Shown: in pieces, positions 22,606 to 34,231 of the stretch
Position numbering within the stretch: the first letter of the stretch is position 1
Layout: the number at the start of each line of letters is the position of its first letter
Source: Betaproteobacteria bacterium
Lineage (GTDB): Bacteria > Pseudomonadota > Gammaproteobacteria > Burkholderiales > SG8-41
NCBI GenBank assembly: GCA_029883965.1
Contig: JAOUIN010000001.1
Coordinates: 1-34,768 of the forward strand
Reading direction: 5' to 3'
DNA length: 34,768 nt
The notes under the pieces: model-generated
Database searches by the model: none
What the model was told of the DNA's origin: nothing
Seen by the model: only the letters and a program-made list of their open reading frames with translations
Translations under genes and position numbers: made by a program

Positions 22606-22621
22606 GGTTTCACGTGAAACA
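22606..22621. promoter_or_regulatory. parS centromere-like ParB binding site 2
   Basis: GGTTTCACGTGAAACA matches 15/16 positions of the parS consensus, 47 bp centre-to-centre from site 1. The inner 14 bp are identical to site 1. Confidence 0.85.
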
Positions 22622-22637
22622 GTAAACGGCCTGCGGA

Positions 22638-23975
22638 TTACTTGCCAATACAAAATTTGGAGAAAATCTCCCCCAACAGCTCATCCGGCGTACATGCGCC
22701 GGTGATACTGCCCAACGCATCATGAGCCAAGCGCAGTTCCTCCGCGTAAAGCTCTAAACGGTCTGTCAGGCCTGCCGCCGTCGCCAGATGATTTTGCGCC
22801 CTCTGCAGCGCCTCAATGTGCCTAGCCCGCGCACTGAACAGCCCTTCGCCGGATGGGTGCCATCCGGCCCGATCCCAGATCGCCTGCTTCAATAACGGGA
22901 GGCCTTCACCGGTCTTGGCCGAGACCCAGACGGTCTCCTCGGCGCCACGGGTCGCCCGCGCCCCTTCATGTGCTGACAAATCAATTTTGTTGATCACGTG
23001 GATACGCGCCAGTCCTCTGGGCAATCGATCGACAATGGTTTGAACTTCGTCCGGTGCCGTCGCGCCGTCCGATATCAGCAGCGCCAAATCGGCTCTCTCG
23101 ATCATTGCCCACGTCCTACTGATGCCGATGCGTTCCACCGTGTCGATGGATTCGCGCAAGCCCGCTGTATCGATGATATGCACCGGAATGCCATCAAGGT
23201 CTATCTGTTCCCGAATTGCATCCCGCGTTGTTCCCGGTATATCAGTGACGATTGCGATGTCTTCACCGGCCAAAGCGTTCAACAAGCTGGATTTACCGAC
23301 GTTGGGCGCGCCTACGAGCACGACTTGTATGCCATCGCGCAACATACTGCCTTGCCGGGTCGCTGCAAGCGTCGCGTCCAACTGTGCACGTATCGCGGCC
23401 AATTGTTCGCCTGCCCGCGCTGCGGTTAAAAACGTGACCTCCTCTTCCGGAAAATCCAGGGTCGCTTCGAGCAAAACTCGCAGCTTCATAACCTTATCCG
23501 TAAGTTGTTGTATTAATGCAGAAAATTGTCCTTGCAAGGAGCTGAGCGCCGCACGCGCAGCCAATGCGGTTGACGCGTCGATCAAGTCGGCAACGCCTTC
23601 CGCCTGTGTCAGGTCCATACGCCCGTTCAAGTAAGCCCGCTCGGTGAATTCCCCAGGCCGGGCCAGCCGCGCGCCCAACTCCTGGCACCGCTGGAGCAGC
23701 AAACGCATCACGACAGGGCCCCCGTGCCCGTGCAACTCCAGCACATCCTCTCCGGTGTATGAATTCGGGGCAGCAAAAAACAGGACCAGGCCTTCGTCCA
23801 GAACCTGCCCTGACGCACTCAGAAAAGGCGTCAGAATGGCGCGGCGCGCTTCAAGCGGTCGCGGTGTAAGGCCTTTCGCAAACGTTTCGAGACCGGAGCC
23901 GGAGACACGGACAACGCCGATGCCACCACGGCCGGGCGCGGTGGAAATGGCTGCAATAACGTCGCGATGAATCAT
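22638..23975 (-). CDS. mnmE: tRNA modification GTPase MnmE (TrmE)
   Basis: 445 aa with G domain GAPNVGKSSLLNAL / DTAGLR / NKID and the canonical C-terminal FCIGK. Confidence 0.96.
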   Translation of the reverse strand: MIHRDVIAAISTAPGRGGIGVVRVSGSGLETFAKGLTPRPLEARRAILTPFLSASGQVLDEGLVLFFAAPNSYTGEDVLELHGHGGPVVMRLLLQRCQELGARLARPGEFTERAYLNGRMDLTQAEGVADLIDASTALAARAALSSLQGQFSALIQQLTDKVMKLRVLLEATLDFPEEEVTFLTAARAGEQLAAIRAQLDATLAATRQGSMLRDGIQVVLVGAPNVGKSSLLNALAGEDIAIVTDIPGTTRDAIREQIDLDGIPVHIIDTAGLRESIDTVERIGISRTWAMIERADLALLISDGATAPDEVQTIVDRLPRGLARIHVINKIDLSAHEGARATRGAEETVWVSAKTGEGLPLLKQAIWDRAGWHPSGEGLFSARARHIEALQRAQNHLATAAGLTDRLELYAEELRLAHDALGSITGACTPDELLGEIFSKFCIGK

Positions 23976-24000
23976 GTGCGGCGAGTATAGCGCCGCACAT
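23974..24000 (-). other. Intercistronic GC-rich stem-loop between yidC and mnmE
   Basis: Bases 23974..23983 (ATGTGCGGCG) pair perfectly with 23991..24000 (CGCCGCACAT), with a 7-nt loop. On the mRNA strand the 3' arm ends in the A and T of the mnmE ATG. No T-run follows. Confidence 0.5.
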
Positions 24001-24012
24001 TTGTCATGACCC

Positions 24013-25698
24013 TCAGGCCTTGTGCTTGGCCGGTTTGATCGTGCTCTCCAGGCTCTTGTTGATGTGCCACTGCTGCGCGATCGACAGAATATTGTTGACC
24101 AGCCAGTAAAGCACCAGACCCGCGGGAAAGAAGAAAAAGAAAATACTGAACGCGACCGGCATGACCTTCATGATCTTGGCCTGAACCGGATCCGGTGGCT
24201 CCGGATTGAGCCGTGTCTGGATAATCATGGTTGCGCCCATCAGGATCGGCAGGATGTACCAGGGATCCGGCGTTGACAGATCGGTAATCCACAGCGCAAA
24301 TGGCGCCTGGCGCATTTCAACGCTGCCCAACAGCGCCCAGTACAACGCAATGAATACAGGAATCTGAACAAGTACCGGCAGACATCCGCCCAACGGGTTG
24401 ATCTTCTCGGTCTTGTAGAGCTCCATCATCGCCTGCTGCATGCGTTGCCGGTCATTTCCGTACTGATCCTTCAGGCGTTGCATCTTCGGTGCAACCACGC
24501 GCATCTTGGCCATCGAGCGATAGCTCGCCTGGGACAGCGGGTAGAACAGCAGTTTGATCATGATCGTCAAAATGATGATCGCTACGCCCCAGTTGCCGGT
24601 CCAGCCATGTATCCATTGCAGCACCCAGAATAATGGTGCCGCGATAACCGTAAGCCAGCCGTAGTCGACCGCCAATTCCAGGCCCGGCGCCAGCGCCGCG
24701 AGCTTTTCCTGTTCCTGCGGCCCGGCGTACAAGGGCATGGTGACTGTCGCGCTGGCGCCGGGCGCGACTGATCCCGCGGGCACGATGGTGCCGGCGGCAT
24801 ACAACAACCCCTGCTGAACCTCACGGGTATAAAACTCCCGCGGCGCCCCGGGTTTCGGCAGCCACGCGCCGAGGAAGTAATGCTGGAGCATCCCGATCCA
24901 GCCATCGGTACCGCTCTTGGGATAAGGTACTTTCCCTTTTTCTATATCCCCGAAATCGACCTTCTGGAATTTCTCCTTCTCGGTGTACACCGCTACACCC
25001 GTGTAGGTAGGCACCATTTTCGAGTCACCCTCGGGCGCCTTCGAATCACGCACCAATTGGAAATACGCAAACGCCTCGACCGGCGCTGCACCAGCGTTTA
25101 CGAACTCATGGCTAATATCGATGACATAACTGTTCCGCCGAAAGCGGTAGATTTTCGCGGCCTTTACGCCGCCAGCCGCCTCAAGTCTTACCTCCAGCTC
25201 AGCCGCGCCGTCCGCGAGGCGATATTTCATTGCCGGCGTTGTATATGCGCTCTGATGATTCGGCAGGCCGGCGCCGATAAGACCTGATTGCGCGATATAC
25301 ACATGATCCTTGCTGCGCGCGAACAGAACAAAATTCTTCTTCGGATCCAGCGTGCTGCCGTGTTTCAACAACTCGAGGCTGATGAGATCGCCGCCGCTGG
25401 TGCTGATTTCAGCACGATAAAGGTCCGTTTCGATTTTGATGACCTGGCCGCCATCCGGCGTCGCTACAACCGGTGCGGCAGGCGTAACCGGAGTGGCAAG
25501 ATTTTGTGTCAGCGCCGGACTCGGCGTAGGCAGCACATTGGAATCGGACTTGTCCGTTGCCGCGCCGGGAATTGCCGCCGGGCTTTTTGCTGCCACTGCC
25601 GCGGTCTGTGCCGGGCGCTGATCCCGCTGCCAGGACTCGAACAGCAGGAACACCGACATCGTAAATACGAAGAAGAGTATCAGCCGTTGTGAATCCAT
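24013..25698 (-). CDS. yidC: Membrane protein insertase YidC
   Basis: 561 aa with an N-terminal transmembrane helix, a large periplasmic P1 domain and a C-terminal 5-TM insertase core (..PLGGCLPVLVQIPVFIALYW..FFFFPAGLVLYWLVNNILSIAQQ). Confidence 0.96.
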   Translation of the reverse strand: MDSQRLILFFVFTMSVFLLFESWQRDQRPAQTAAVAAKSPAAIPGAATDKSDSNVLPTPSPALTQNLATPVTPAAPVVATPDGGQVIKIETDLYRAEISTSGGDLISLELLKHGSTLDPKKNFVLFARSKDHVYIAQSGLIGAGLPNHQSAYTTPAMKYRLADGAAELEVRLEAAGGVKAAKIYRFRRNSYVIDISHEFVNAGAAPVEAFAYFQLVRDSKAPEGDSKMVPTYTGVAVYTEKEKFQKVDFGDIEKGKVPYPKSGTDGWIGMLQHYFLGAWLPKPGAPREFYTREVQQGLLYAAGTIVPAGSVAPGASATVTMPLYAGPQEQEKLAALAPGLELAVDYGWLTVIAAPLFWVLQWIHGWTGNWGVAIIILTIMIKLLFYPLSQASYRSMAKMRVVAPKMQRLKDQYGNDRQRMQQAMMELYKTEKINPLGGCLPVLVQIPVFIALYWALLGSVEMRQAPFALWITDLSTPDPWYILPILMGATMIIQTRLNPEPPDPVQAKIMKVMPVAFSIFFFFFPAGLVLYWLVNNILSIAQQWHINKSLESTIKPAKHKA

Positions 25699-25724
25699 AA
25701 CCTATTTGCCGGATACTGCGCTCG

Positions 25725-26063
25725 CTATCCCCTGCCGGGCTCAAGCAATTCACGCAGCAACCCCTGCAACTCCTTGAACAATACAGCGTTGTCGTGACGG
25801 CGAGGACTGTCTCTGAGTTGCACCACTACATCCAGTGCCTCAAGCTCCGTCGCCAGTTGCCGATGCACTATTCTCGCGATGCGCTTCACCCGGTTGCGAT
25901 CTACTGCCCGGGGCGCCGCTTTCTTGCCTACAATCAAACCCAACCGCGGCCCCTCGCCGGCGTTGGGCATGGCACGAACGAGAAAACACCGGCTGCCGGT
26001 TCTACGCCCGCCCGCCAGTACGGCTTCGAATTGCGCCGGTTCGGTCAAACGACCCGGGCGCAT
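25725..26063 (-). CDS. rnpA: Ribonuclease P protein component
   Basis: 112-aa basic protein with the RNR motif region (KKAAPRAVDRNRVKRIARIVHR), located directly downstream of rpmH. Confidence 0.9.
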   Translation of the reverse strand: MRPGRLTEPAQFEAVLAGGRRTGSRCFLVRAMPNAGEGPRLGLIVGKKAAPRAVDRNRVKRIARIVHRQLATELEALDVVVQLRDSPRRHDNAVLFKELQGLLRELLEPGRG

Positions 26064-26095
26064 ACCGGAGAGTAGGCAGCCGAATGCGGAGTCGA

Positions 26096-26230
26096 CTAGA
26101 CGCTGAGGCGCGCCCGGCCCTTTGCGCGGCGCGCACGAATGACAGCACGTCCACCGCGCGTCTTCATGCGCACACGAAACCCGTGCGTCCGCTGACGGCG
26201 CGTTTTCGAAGGTTGATAGGTGCGCTTCAT
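26096..26230 (-). CDS. rpmH: 50S ribosomal protein L34
   Basis: 44-aa [44 protein letters not shown], the canonical L34. The 96-aa ORF in the track is an upstream in-frame extension. Confidence 0.95.
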   Translation of the reverse strand: MKRTYQPSKTRRQRTHGFRVRMKTRGGRAVIRARRAKGRARLSV

Positions 26231-26263
26231 GATCTGTCCCGATTGTCTTCTGAGAAACCTCCC

Positions 26264-26293
26264 ATTAGACATCGAGAGCGTCATTCGTGTCAA
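26264..26293 (-). promoter_or_regulatory. Candidate sigma70-type promoter of rpmH-rnpA
   Basis: The minus strand reads TTGACA (26293..26288, perfect -35), an 18-nt spacer, then TCTAAT (26269..26264), about 34 nt upstream of the rpmH ATG. Sequence match only. Confidence 0.45.
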
Positions 26294-26347
26294 TCTCTGG
26301 CGCCTTTTCCCACAGCGGACAACCGGACGGTGTCGCCTGCGTCGTCT

Positions 26348-26376
26348 TTGTTGAGCACGCCAATAAGGGGTAAAAT
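26348..26376 (+). promoter_or_regulatory. Candidate dnaA promoter
   Basis: TTGTTG (weak -35), a 17-nt spacer, then TAAAAT (26371..26376), about 60 nt upstream of the dnaA ATG and divergent from the rpmH promoter candidate. Sequence match only. Confidence 0.3.
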
Positions 26377-26438
26377 CAGAGGCCAAATTTCCAGCACTAA
26401 TCCACCAACCAAGCCCGTCGCGTCAATCATAGGGACGA

Positions 26439-27782
26439 ATGAACGATTTCTGGCAACATTGTCTCGCATTCTTCGAAAAAGAGCTCGGGCAACAACAATT
26501 TGTAACCTGGATTCAGCCGCTCCAATGTTCGATTGCGGCATCCACGGTCACCATCACCGCGCCCAATCGGTTTGTGCAGCGCTGGGTGAGGGATCGCTTT
26601 CAATCCAGAATCCTCGAGCTCGCCCGCGAACGTTTCGGTGAAGAAGCCGCCGTCGATCTGATCTTGGCCGAGCGCCCTTTGGCAACACCCGCCGCAATAC
26701 CGGTAGAGAGTCCTCTGCCGGTGCCCCCGCGGCCCGCATCCGCAACGCGCGATGTCCGCGACATTTCCCGTTTGAACCCGGGCTTCACTTTCGATACCTT
26801 CGTCACCGGCAAAGCGAACGATCTCGCCCGCGCAGCAGCCCGCCAGGTAGCAGAGAAACCGGGGGCTGCCTACAACCCTCTTTTTGTATACGGCGGCGTT
26901 GGCCTGGGCAAGACCCACTTGATTCATGCCATCGGTAACCATCTGCGAGCACACGCACCGGAAAGCAAGATCCGCTATATCCACGCCGAGCAATATGTCT
27001 CGGATGTGGTTCGCGCGTATCAGCACAAAGCGTTCGATGACTTCAAACGTTATTACCACTCTCTTGACCTGCTCTTGATCGACGATATTCAGTTCTTCAG
27101 CGGAAAAAACCGCACCCAGGAAGAATTCTTTTACGCATTCAACGCGCTGGTCGAGGCGCATAAGCAGGTCATCATCACCTGCGACACCTATCCGAGGGAA
27201 ATATCGGGTATGGAAAACCGGTTGATTTCCCGCTTCGGCTGGGGCCTTACAGTAGCGGTCGAACCACCGGAACTGGAAATGCGCGTCGCCATCTTGCTGA
27301 AAAAGGCGGATGCAGATGGTTTGGCGCTCGACGAGACCGTCGCGTTTTTCATCGCCAAGCACGTGCAATCGAACATTCGCGAGCTTGAAGGTGCCCTTAA
27401 ACGGGTTCTCGCCTATGCCCGCTTCACGGCCCGCCCGATTACCGTCGATCTGGCGCGCGAAGCATTGCGCGATATCCTTGCCTCCCAAAGCCGCCAGGTC
27501 AGCATTGAAAACATACAGCGCACCGTTGCCGATTATTACAAAATAAAAGTGTCGGAGATGTATTCAAAAAAACGTACGCGCAATGTTGCCCGTCCAAGAC
27601 AGGTTGCCATGGCGCTGGCAAAAGAATTAACTCAATTGAGTCTGCCTGATATCGGTGAAGCGTTTGGCGGGCGCGATCACACCACGGTACTCCATGCTTG
27701 CCGGAAAATCGCTCAACTCCGCAGCAGCACCAACGAAATGACAGCAGACATTGCATCTCTGCTGAAGGTATTACGCAGTTGA
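26439..27782 (+). CDS. dnaA: Chromosomal replication initiator protein DnaA
   Basis: 447 aa with AAA+ Walker [12 protein letters not shown], sensor motifs, and a C-terminal DNA-binding domain carrying the DnaA signature ([19 protein letters not shown]). Confidence 0.98.
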   Translation: MNDFWQHCLAFFEKELGQQQFVTWIQPLQCSIAASTVTITAPNRFVQRWVRDRFQSRILELARERFGEEAAVDLILAERPLATPAAIPVESPLPVPPRPASATRDVRDISRLNPGFTFDTFVTGKANDLARAAARQVAEKPGAAYNPLFVYGGVGLGKTHLIHAIGNHLRAHAPESKIRYIHAEQYVSDVVRAYQHKAFDDFKRYYHSLDLLLIDDIQFFSGKNRTQEEFFYAFNALVEAHKQVIITCDTYPREISGMENRLISRFGWGLTVAVEPPELEMRVAILLKKADADGLALDETVAFFIAKHVQSNIRELEGALKRVLAYARFTARPITVDLAREALRDILASQSRQVSIENIQRTVADYYKIKVSEMYSKKRTRNVARPRQVAMALAKELTQLSLPDIGEAFGGRDHTTVLHACRKIAQLRSSTNEMTADIASLLKVLRS

Positions 27783-27798
27783 TTACCTGTGCATGCTT

Positions 27799-27807
27799 TG
27801 TGCATAA
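27799..27807 (-). promoter_or_regulatory. DnaA-box-like 9-mer (8/9)
   Basis: TGTGCATAA versus TGTGGATAA (reverse complement of TTATCCACA), one mismatch. A weaker TGTGCATGC sits 2 nt upstream at 27788..27796. Confidence 0.45.
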
Positions 27808-27845
27808 GCAACTGTTTGCTCGAAAGCACCTTTTTCTGTCCTTTT

Positions 27846-27854
27846 CTATCCACA
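27846..27854 (+). promoter_or_regulatory. DnaA-box-like 9-mer (8/9)
   Basis: CTATCCACA versus TTATCCACA, one mismatch at position 1. A weaker CCATCCACG follows at 27857..27865. Confidence 0.5.
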
Positions 27855-27880
27855 AGCCATCCACGGGTAATACAGAAGAC

Positions 27881-27984
27881 CAAAAAGCAATTAATCATTT
27901 ATTTTCAGACCTCTTGGTTACTTGCTAACAAAAAAACACATCTCTATTACTTACTACTATTTTAATTAAGAAATAATTCAACCT
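27881..27984. other. AT-rich tract; candidate DNA-unwinding element of oriC (and/or dnaN promoter region)
   Basis: By my count 26 of 104 nt are G/C (25%), against roughly 55-65% in flanking genes. It contains AATCATTTATTTT (27893..27905), which resembles the E. coli 13-mer GATCTnTTnTTTT, and lies immediately downstream of the DnaA-box-like sites. Confidence 0.4.
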
Positions 27985-31537
<3,553 letters not shown>

Positions 31538-31538
31538 T

Positions 31539-31562
31539 TCCGGCGTTACCACCTGCGCCGGA
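31539..31562. terminator. Possible hairpin in the convergent gyrB / topoisomerase spacer
   Basis: TCCGGCG-(10 nt)-CGCCGGA, a 7-bp stem, starting 2 nt after the gyrB stop. There is no U-tract on either strand, so its function as an intrinsic terminator is doubtful. Confidence 0.3.
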
Positions 31563-31589
31563 CAACAATAACCCATTGATTTAAAATGG

Positions 31590-34118
31590 TTATTTTGCTT
31601 TCTTCCGGGAGGGCGCGCGGCGTTTGGCAGCGGGTGCCTTCGCCGGCTTTTCGGTCTCTTCCTTGGCCGCGCGCGGTGCAAACTCAAATCCGATCTTGCC
31701 GTCGGGCTGCTTGACCAGGAAAGCCTTGAAGCGTCGGCCGTTGCGGTTCGAGAAAAATCCGTCCAGCAGGTCGGTACGCCCGCTGGCAAGCAGCTTCTCC
31801 ATTTGCTCGCGATGGATTTCCTGGCGCAGAATTATTTTCCCAGACCGGAAATCACATTTCTTTGCCGGTGTGTTTTCACACACATAGTTCATCCCGTGTT
31901 CGTACACGCTGCCTTTGCATTTCGGGCATGAACCTAGCGCCTGCTGCCCGCTGAAATCGACTTCCTCCCCTTCGTCTTCAGCGTTCCCCTGTCCGAAGTC
32001 GAATTCCAGCTTGAGGTTGTTGTTTTCCTTGTCCGGCGCAATCCGCAGGATAGCGGCAAATGGCCGACCCATTTTTGAGCGGAAGCCCTGTAGCGGGCCT
32101 ATTGTGCGCTCACGCAGCAATGTTTCAACTTCCTCAATCTCGAACTGGCGTCCGCCGGGCACCTTGGTTATCGAAAACTCGCACGATGCGCAGGCGAAAC
32201 GACGGTAATTTTCCTTTACGGTGCCACCGCAGTTCGGGCACGGGGTCTTCAATGTCGCATAATCACCCGGAATCGTGTCGTTGTCGTATTCCTTGGCCTG
32301 CTTGACGATGCGTTCGGTGATTCGGGCAATTTCCTTCATGAACGACGCGCGCTTGAGCTTGCCCCGTTCCATTTGCAGCAATTTGTATTCCCATTCGCCC
32401 GTAAGCTCGGGTTGCCGGAGTTCATTGATACCCAATCCGTTCATCAGGGTCATCAACTGGAAGGCCTTTGCGGTGGGAATTAATTCGCGGCCCTCGCGCA
32501 CCAGATATTTTTCGGCGATCAAACGTTCGATGATGGCGGCTCGTGTCGCGGGTGTCCCAAGGCCTTTTTGCGCCATGGCTTCACGTAATTCGTCATCCTC
32601 GATCAGCTTGCCGGCGCCTTCCATCGCACTGAGCAGCGTCGCTTCCGAATACCGGGCAGGCGGGCGCGTGGCCAGCCCGATCGCATCCGCTGCTTTCGCG
32701 AGCGGTTTTTCGCCTTTGGCTACAGCGGGGAGATTGGCGCTTTCCTGTTGCTCGTCCTTGCCGTAGATTGCCAGCCAGCCCGGCTTTACAAGAATTTTTC
32801 CTTCCGTCTTGAACTTGTGCGACGCCACCTCTGTGATACGCGTCGTGACCAGATATTCCGCGGGCGGGTAAAACACCGCCATGAACCGGCGCACGACCAG
32901 ATCGTAGATCTTCTGCTGGACCTCGTTCAGATTCTTTGGCGGCTGTGGTGTCGGGATAATGGCGAAATGGTCCGATACCTTGGTGTTGTCGAATATGCGT
33001 TTATTCGGCTTTACCCACTTGTTCTTCGCGATCTCCTTCGCGAACGGGGCCAGCGCGGACTCATCCGCGAGAGCCTTGAGGGTTGTTTTGACTGTTGCCT
33101 CATAGTCCTCAGGCAAATGCCGCGAATCCGTCCGCGGATAGGTCAGGGCCTTGTGTCTCTCGTAAAGCTCCTGGGCGATCGACAGCGTTACCTTTGCCGA
33201 GAAACCAAAACGGCCATTGGCCTCGCGCTGCAATGACGTCAGGTCAAACAGCATCGGCGACAGCTGCGTTGACGGTTTCGACTCTTCGGTGACCGTCGCG
33301 GTTTTGCCGCGGCAGGCATCGGCAATTTTTTCCGCCGCTGCGTTATTCCACAACCGGCTGTCACGCTTCTCCGGATCATCCTCGTCACGCTTGAATGCCG
33401 GATCAAACCACCGGCCCTCATAATCTCCGGCCTTGGCACCGAACGTGGCCCGCACTTCCCAATAGTCGCGCGGAACAAACTTCCGGATCTTCTGTTCGCG
33501 GTCGACAACTATCATCAGTGTCGGTGTTTGCACGCGACCGACCGTCGTCAGGTAGAAACCGCCGCCTTTGCTGTTAAAGGCCGTCATCGCGCGGGTGCCG
33601 TTAATGCCAATCAGCCAGTCGGCTTCGCTGCGGCTGCGCGCGGCATCAGCCAATGGCTGCATCTCCTCGTCAGAGCGCAACTGCGTAAAACTTTCGCGGA
33701 TAGCCGCCGGCGTCATCGATTGCAGCCAAAGGCGCGACACCGGCTTGGTAACCTTGGTCGCCTGCGCGATGTAGCGAAAAATAAGCTCACCTTCACGGCC
33801 GGCGTCGCAAGCATTGATCAGTGCTGTGACATCCTTGCGTTTGAGCAGCTTTGCCAGAACCTTCAATCGCGCTTCGCTTTTCGCGATCGGGTGCACGTCA
33901 AAATGAGGCGGAATCACCGGAAGATTGGCGAACGACCATTTGCCGCGCTTGACTTCAAACTCTTCCGGCGCGGCGATTTCGAGCAGATGCCCGACGGCAG
34001 ACGACAGAACGTATTTGTCGCTTTCGAAATAGTCGCCATGCTTGGTAAACCCGCCCAAGGCACGCGCGATATCGTTTGCAACCGAAGGTTTCTCCGCAAT
34101 GATTAGCGTTTTTGCCAT
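31590..34118 (-). CDS. topB: Type IA DNA topoisomerase, topoisomerase III (TopB)-like, with C-terminal zinc ribbons
   Basis: The N-terminus MAKTLIIAEKPSVANDIARALGG resembles E. coli TopB (MRLFIAEKPS) rather than TopA (LVIVESPAKAKT). Other features are the active-site Tyr region ALTYPRTDSRHLP, two Cys4-type ribbons (CPNCGG..CASC; CPKCKG..C..C) and a Lys/Arg-rich tail. The start is placed at the conserved M at 34118; the track ORF extends to 34250. Confidence 0.88.
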   Translation of the reverse strand: MAKTLIIAEKPSVANDIARALGGFTKHGDYFESDKYVLSSAVGHLLEIAAPEEFEVKRGKWSFANLPVIPPHFDVHPIAKSEARLKVLAKLLKRKDVTALINACDAGREGELIFRYIAQATKVTKPVSRLWLQSMTPAAIRESFTQLRSDEEMQPLADAARSRSEADWLIGINGTRAMTAFNSKGGGFYLTTVGRVQTPTLMIVVDREQKIRKFVPRDYWEVRATFGAKAGDYEGRWFDPAFKRDEDDPEKRDSRLWNNAAAEKIADACRGKTATVTEESKPSTQLSPMLFDLTSLQREANGRFGFSAKVTLSIAQELYERHKALTYPRTDSRHLPEDYEATVKTTLKALADESALAPFAKEIAKNKWVKPNKRIFDNTKVSDHFAIIPTPQPPKNLNEVQQKIYDLVVRRFMAVFYPPAEYLVTTRITEVASHKFKTEGKILVKPGWLAIYGKDEQQESANLPAVAKGEKPLAKAADAIGLATRPPARYSEATLLSAMEGAGKLIEDDELREAMAQKGLGTPATRAAIIERLIAEKYLVREGRELIPTAKAFQLMTLMNGLGINELRQPELTGEWEYKLLQMERGKLKRASFMKEIARITERIVKQAKEYDNDTIPGDYATLKTPCPNCGGTVKENYRRFACASCEFSITKVPGGRQFEIEEVETLLRERTIGPLQGFRSKMGRPFAAILRIAPDKENNNLKLEFDFGQGNAEDEGEEVDFSGQQALGSCPKCKGSVYEHGMNYVCENTPAKKCDFRSGKIILRQEIHREQMEKLLASGRTDLLDGFFSNRNGRRFKAFLVKQPDGKIGFEFAPRAAKEETEKPAKAPAAKRRAPSRKKAK

Positions 34119-34231
34119 GCTATGTCGTTGAATTTGCAGCTGTAACGCCGCCAAGATGGGGCACGGATGCACCGTGCCGTGGAAAAGAGCGCCCGATGAT
34201 AAGAACAATCTCCCGCCAGCGCAAGCCGGGT

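Noticed and set aside
26231-26386. 52-codon N-terminal extension of rpmH (the 96-aa ORF in the track)
   Set aside because: L34 is universally about 44-46 aa and begins MKRTYQPS. The extension would run through the candidate rpmH promoter and is Arg-rich junk.
26231-26438. rpmH-dnaA spacer as oriC (the Pseudomonas-type location)
   Set aside because: I found only 7/9 DnaA-box matches and no AT-rich tract. Two divergent promoter candidates explain it better. I have not excluded it, and it is listed as the alternative in the oriC finding.
25835-26641. 268-aa plus-strand ORF covering rnpA, rpmH, the spacer and the start of dnaA
   Set aside because: It overlaps three well-supported genes and two promoter candidates. 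Its translation is Arg/Pro/Ala-rich with no recognisable domain, so I treat it as a shadow ORF.
26427-27488. 353-aa minus-strand ORF antisense to dnaA
   Set aside because: It is a codon-aligned shadow of dnaA (both codon phases start at coordinate mod 3 = 0). It has no recognisable motifs, and dnaA on the plus strand is unambiguous.
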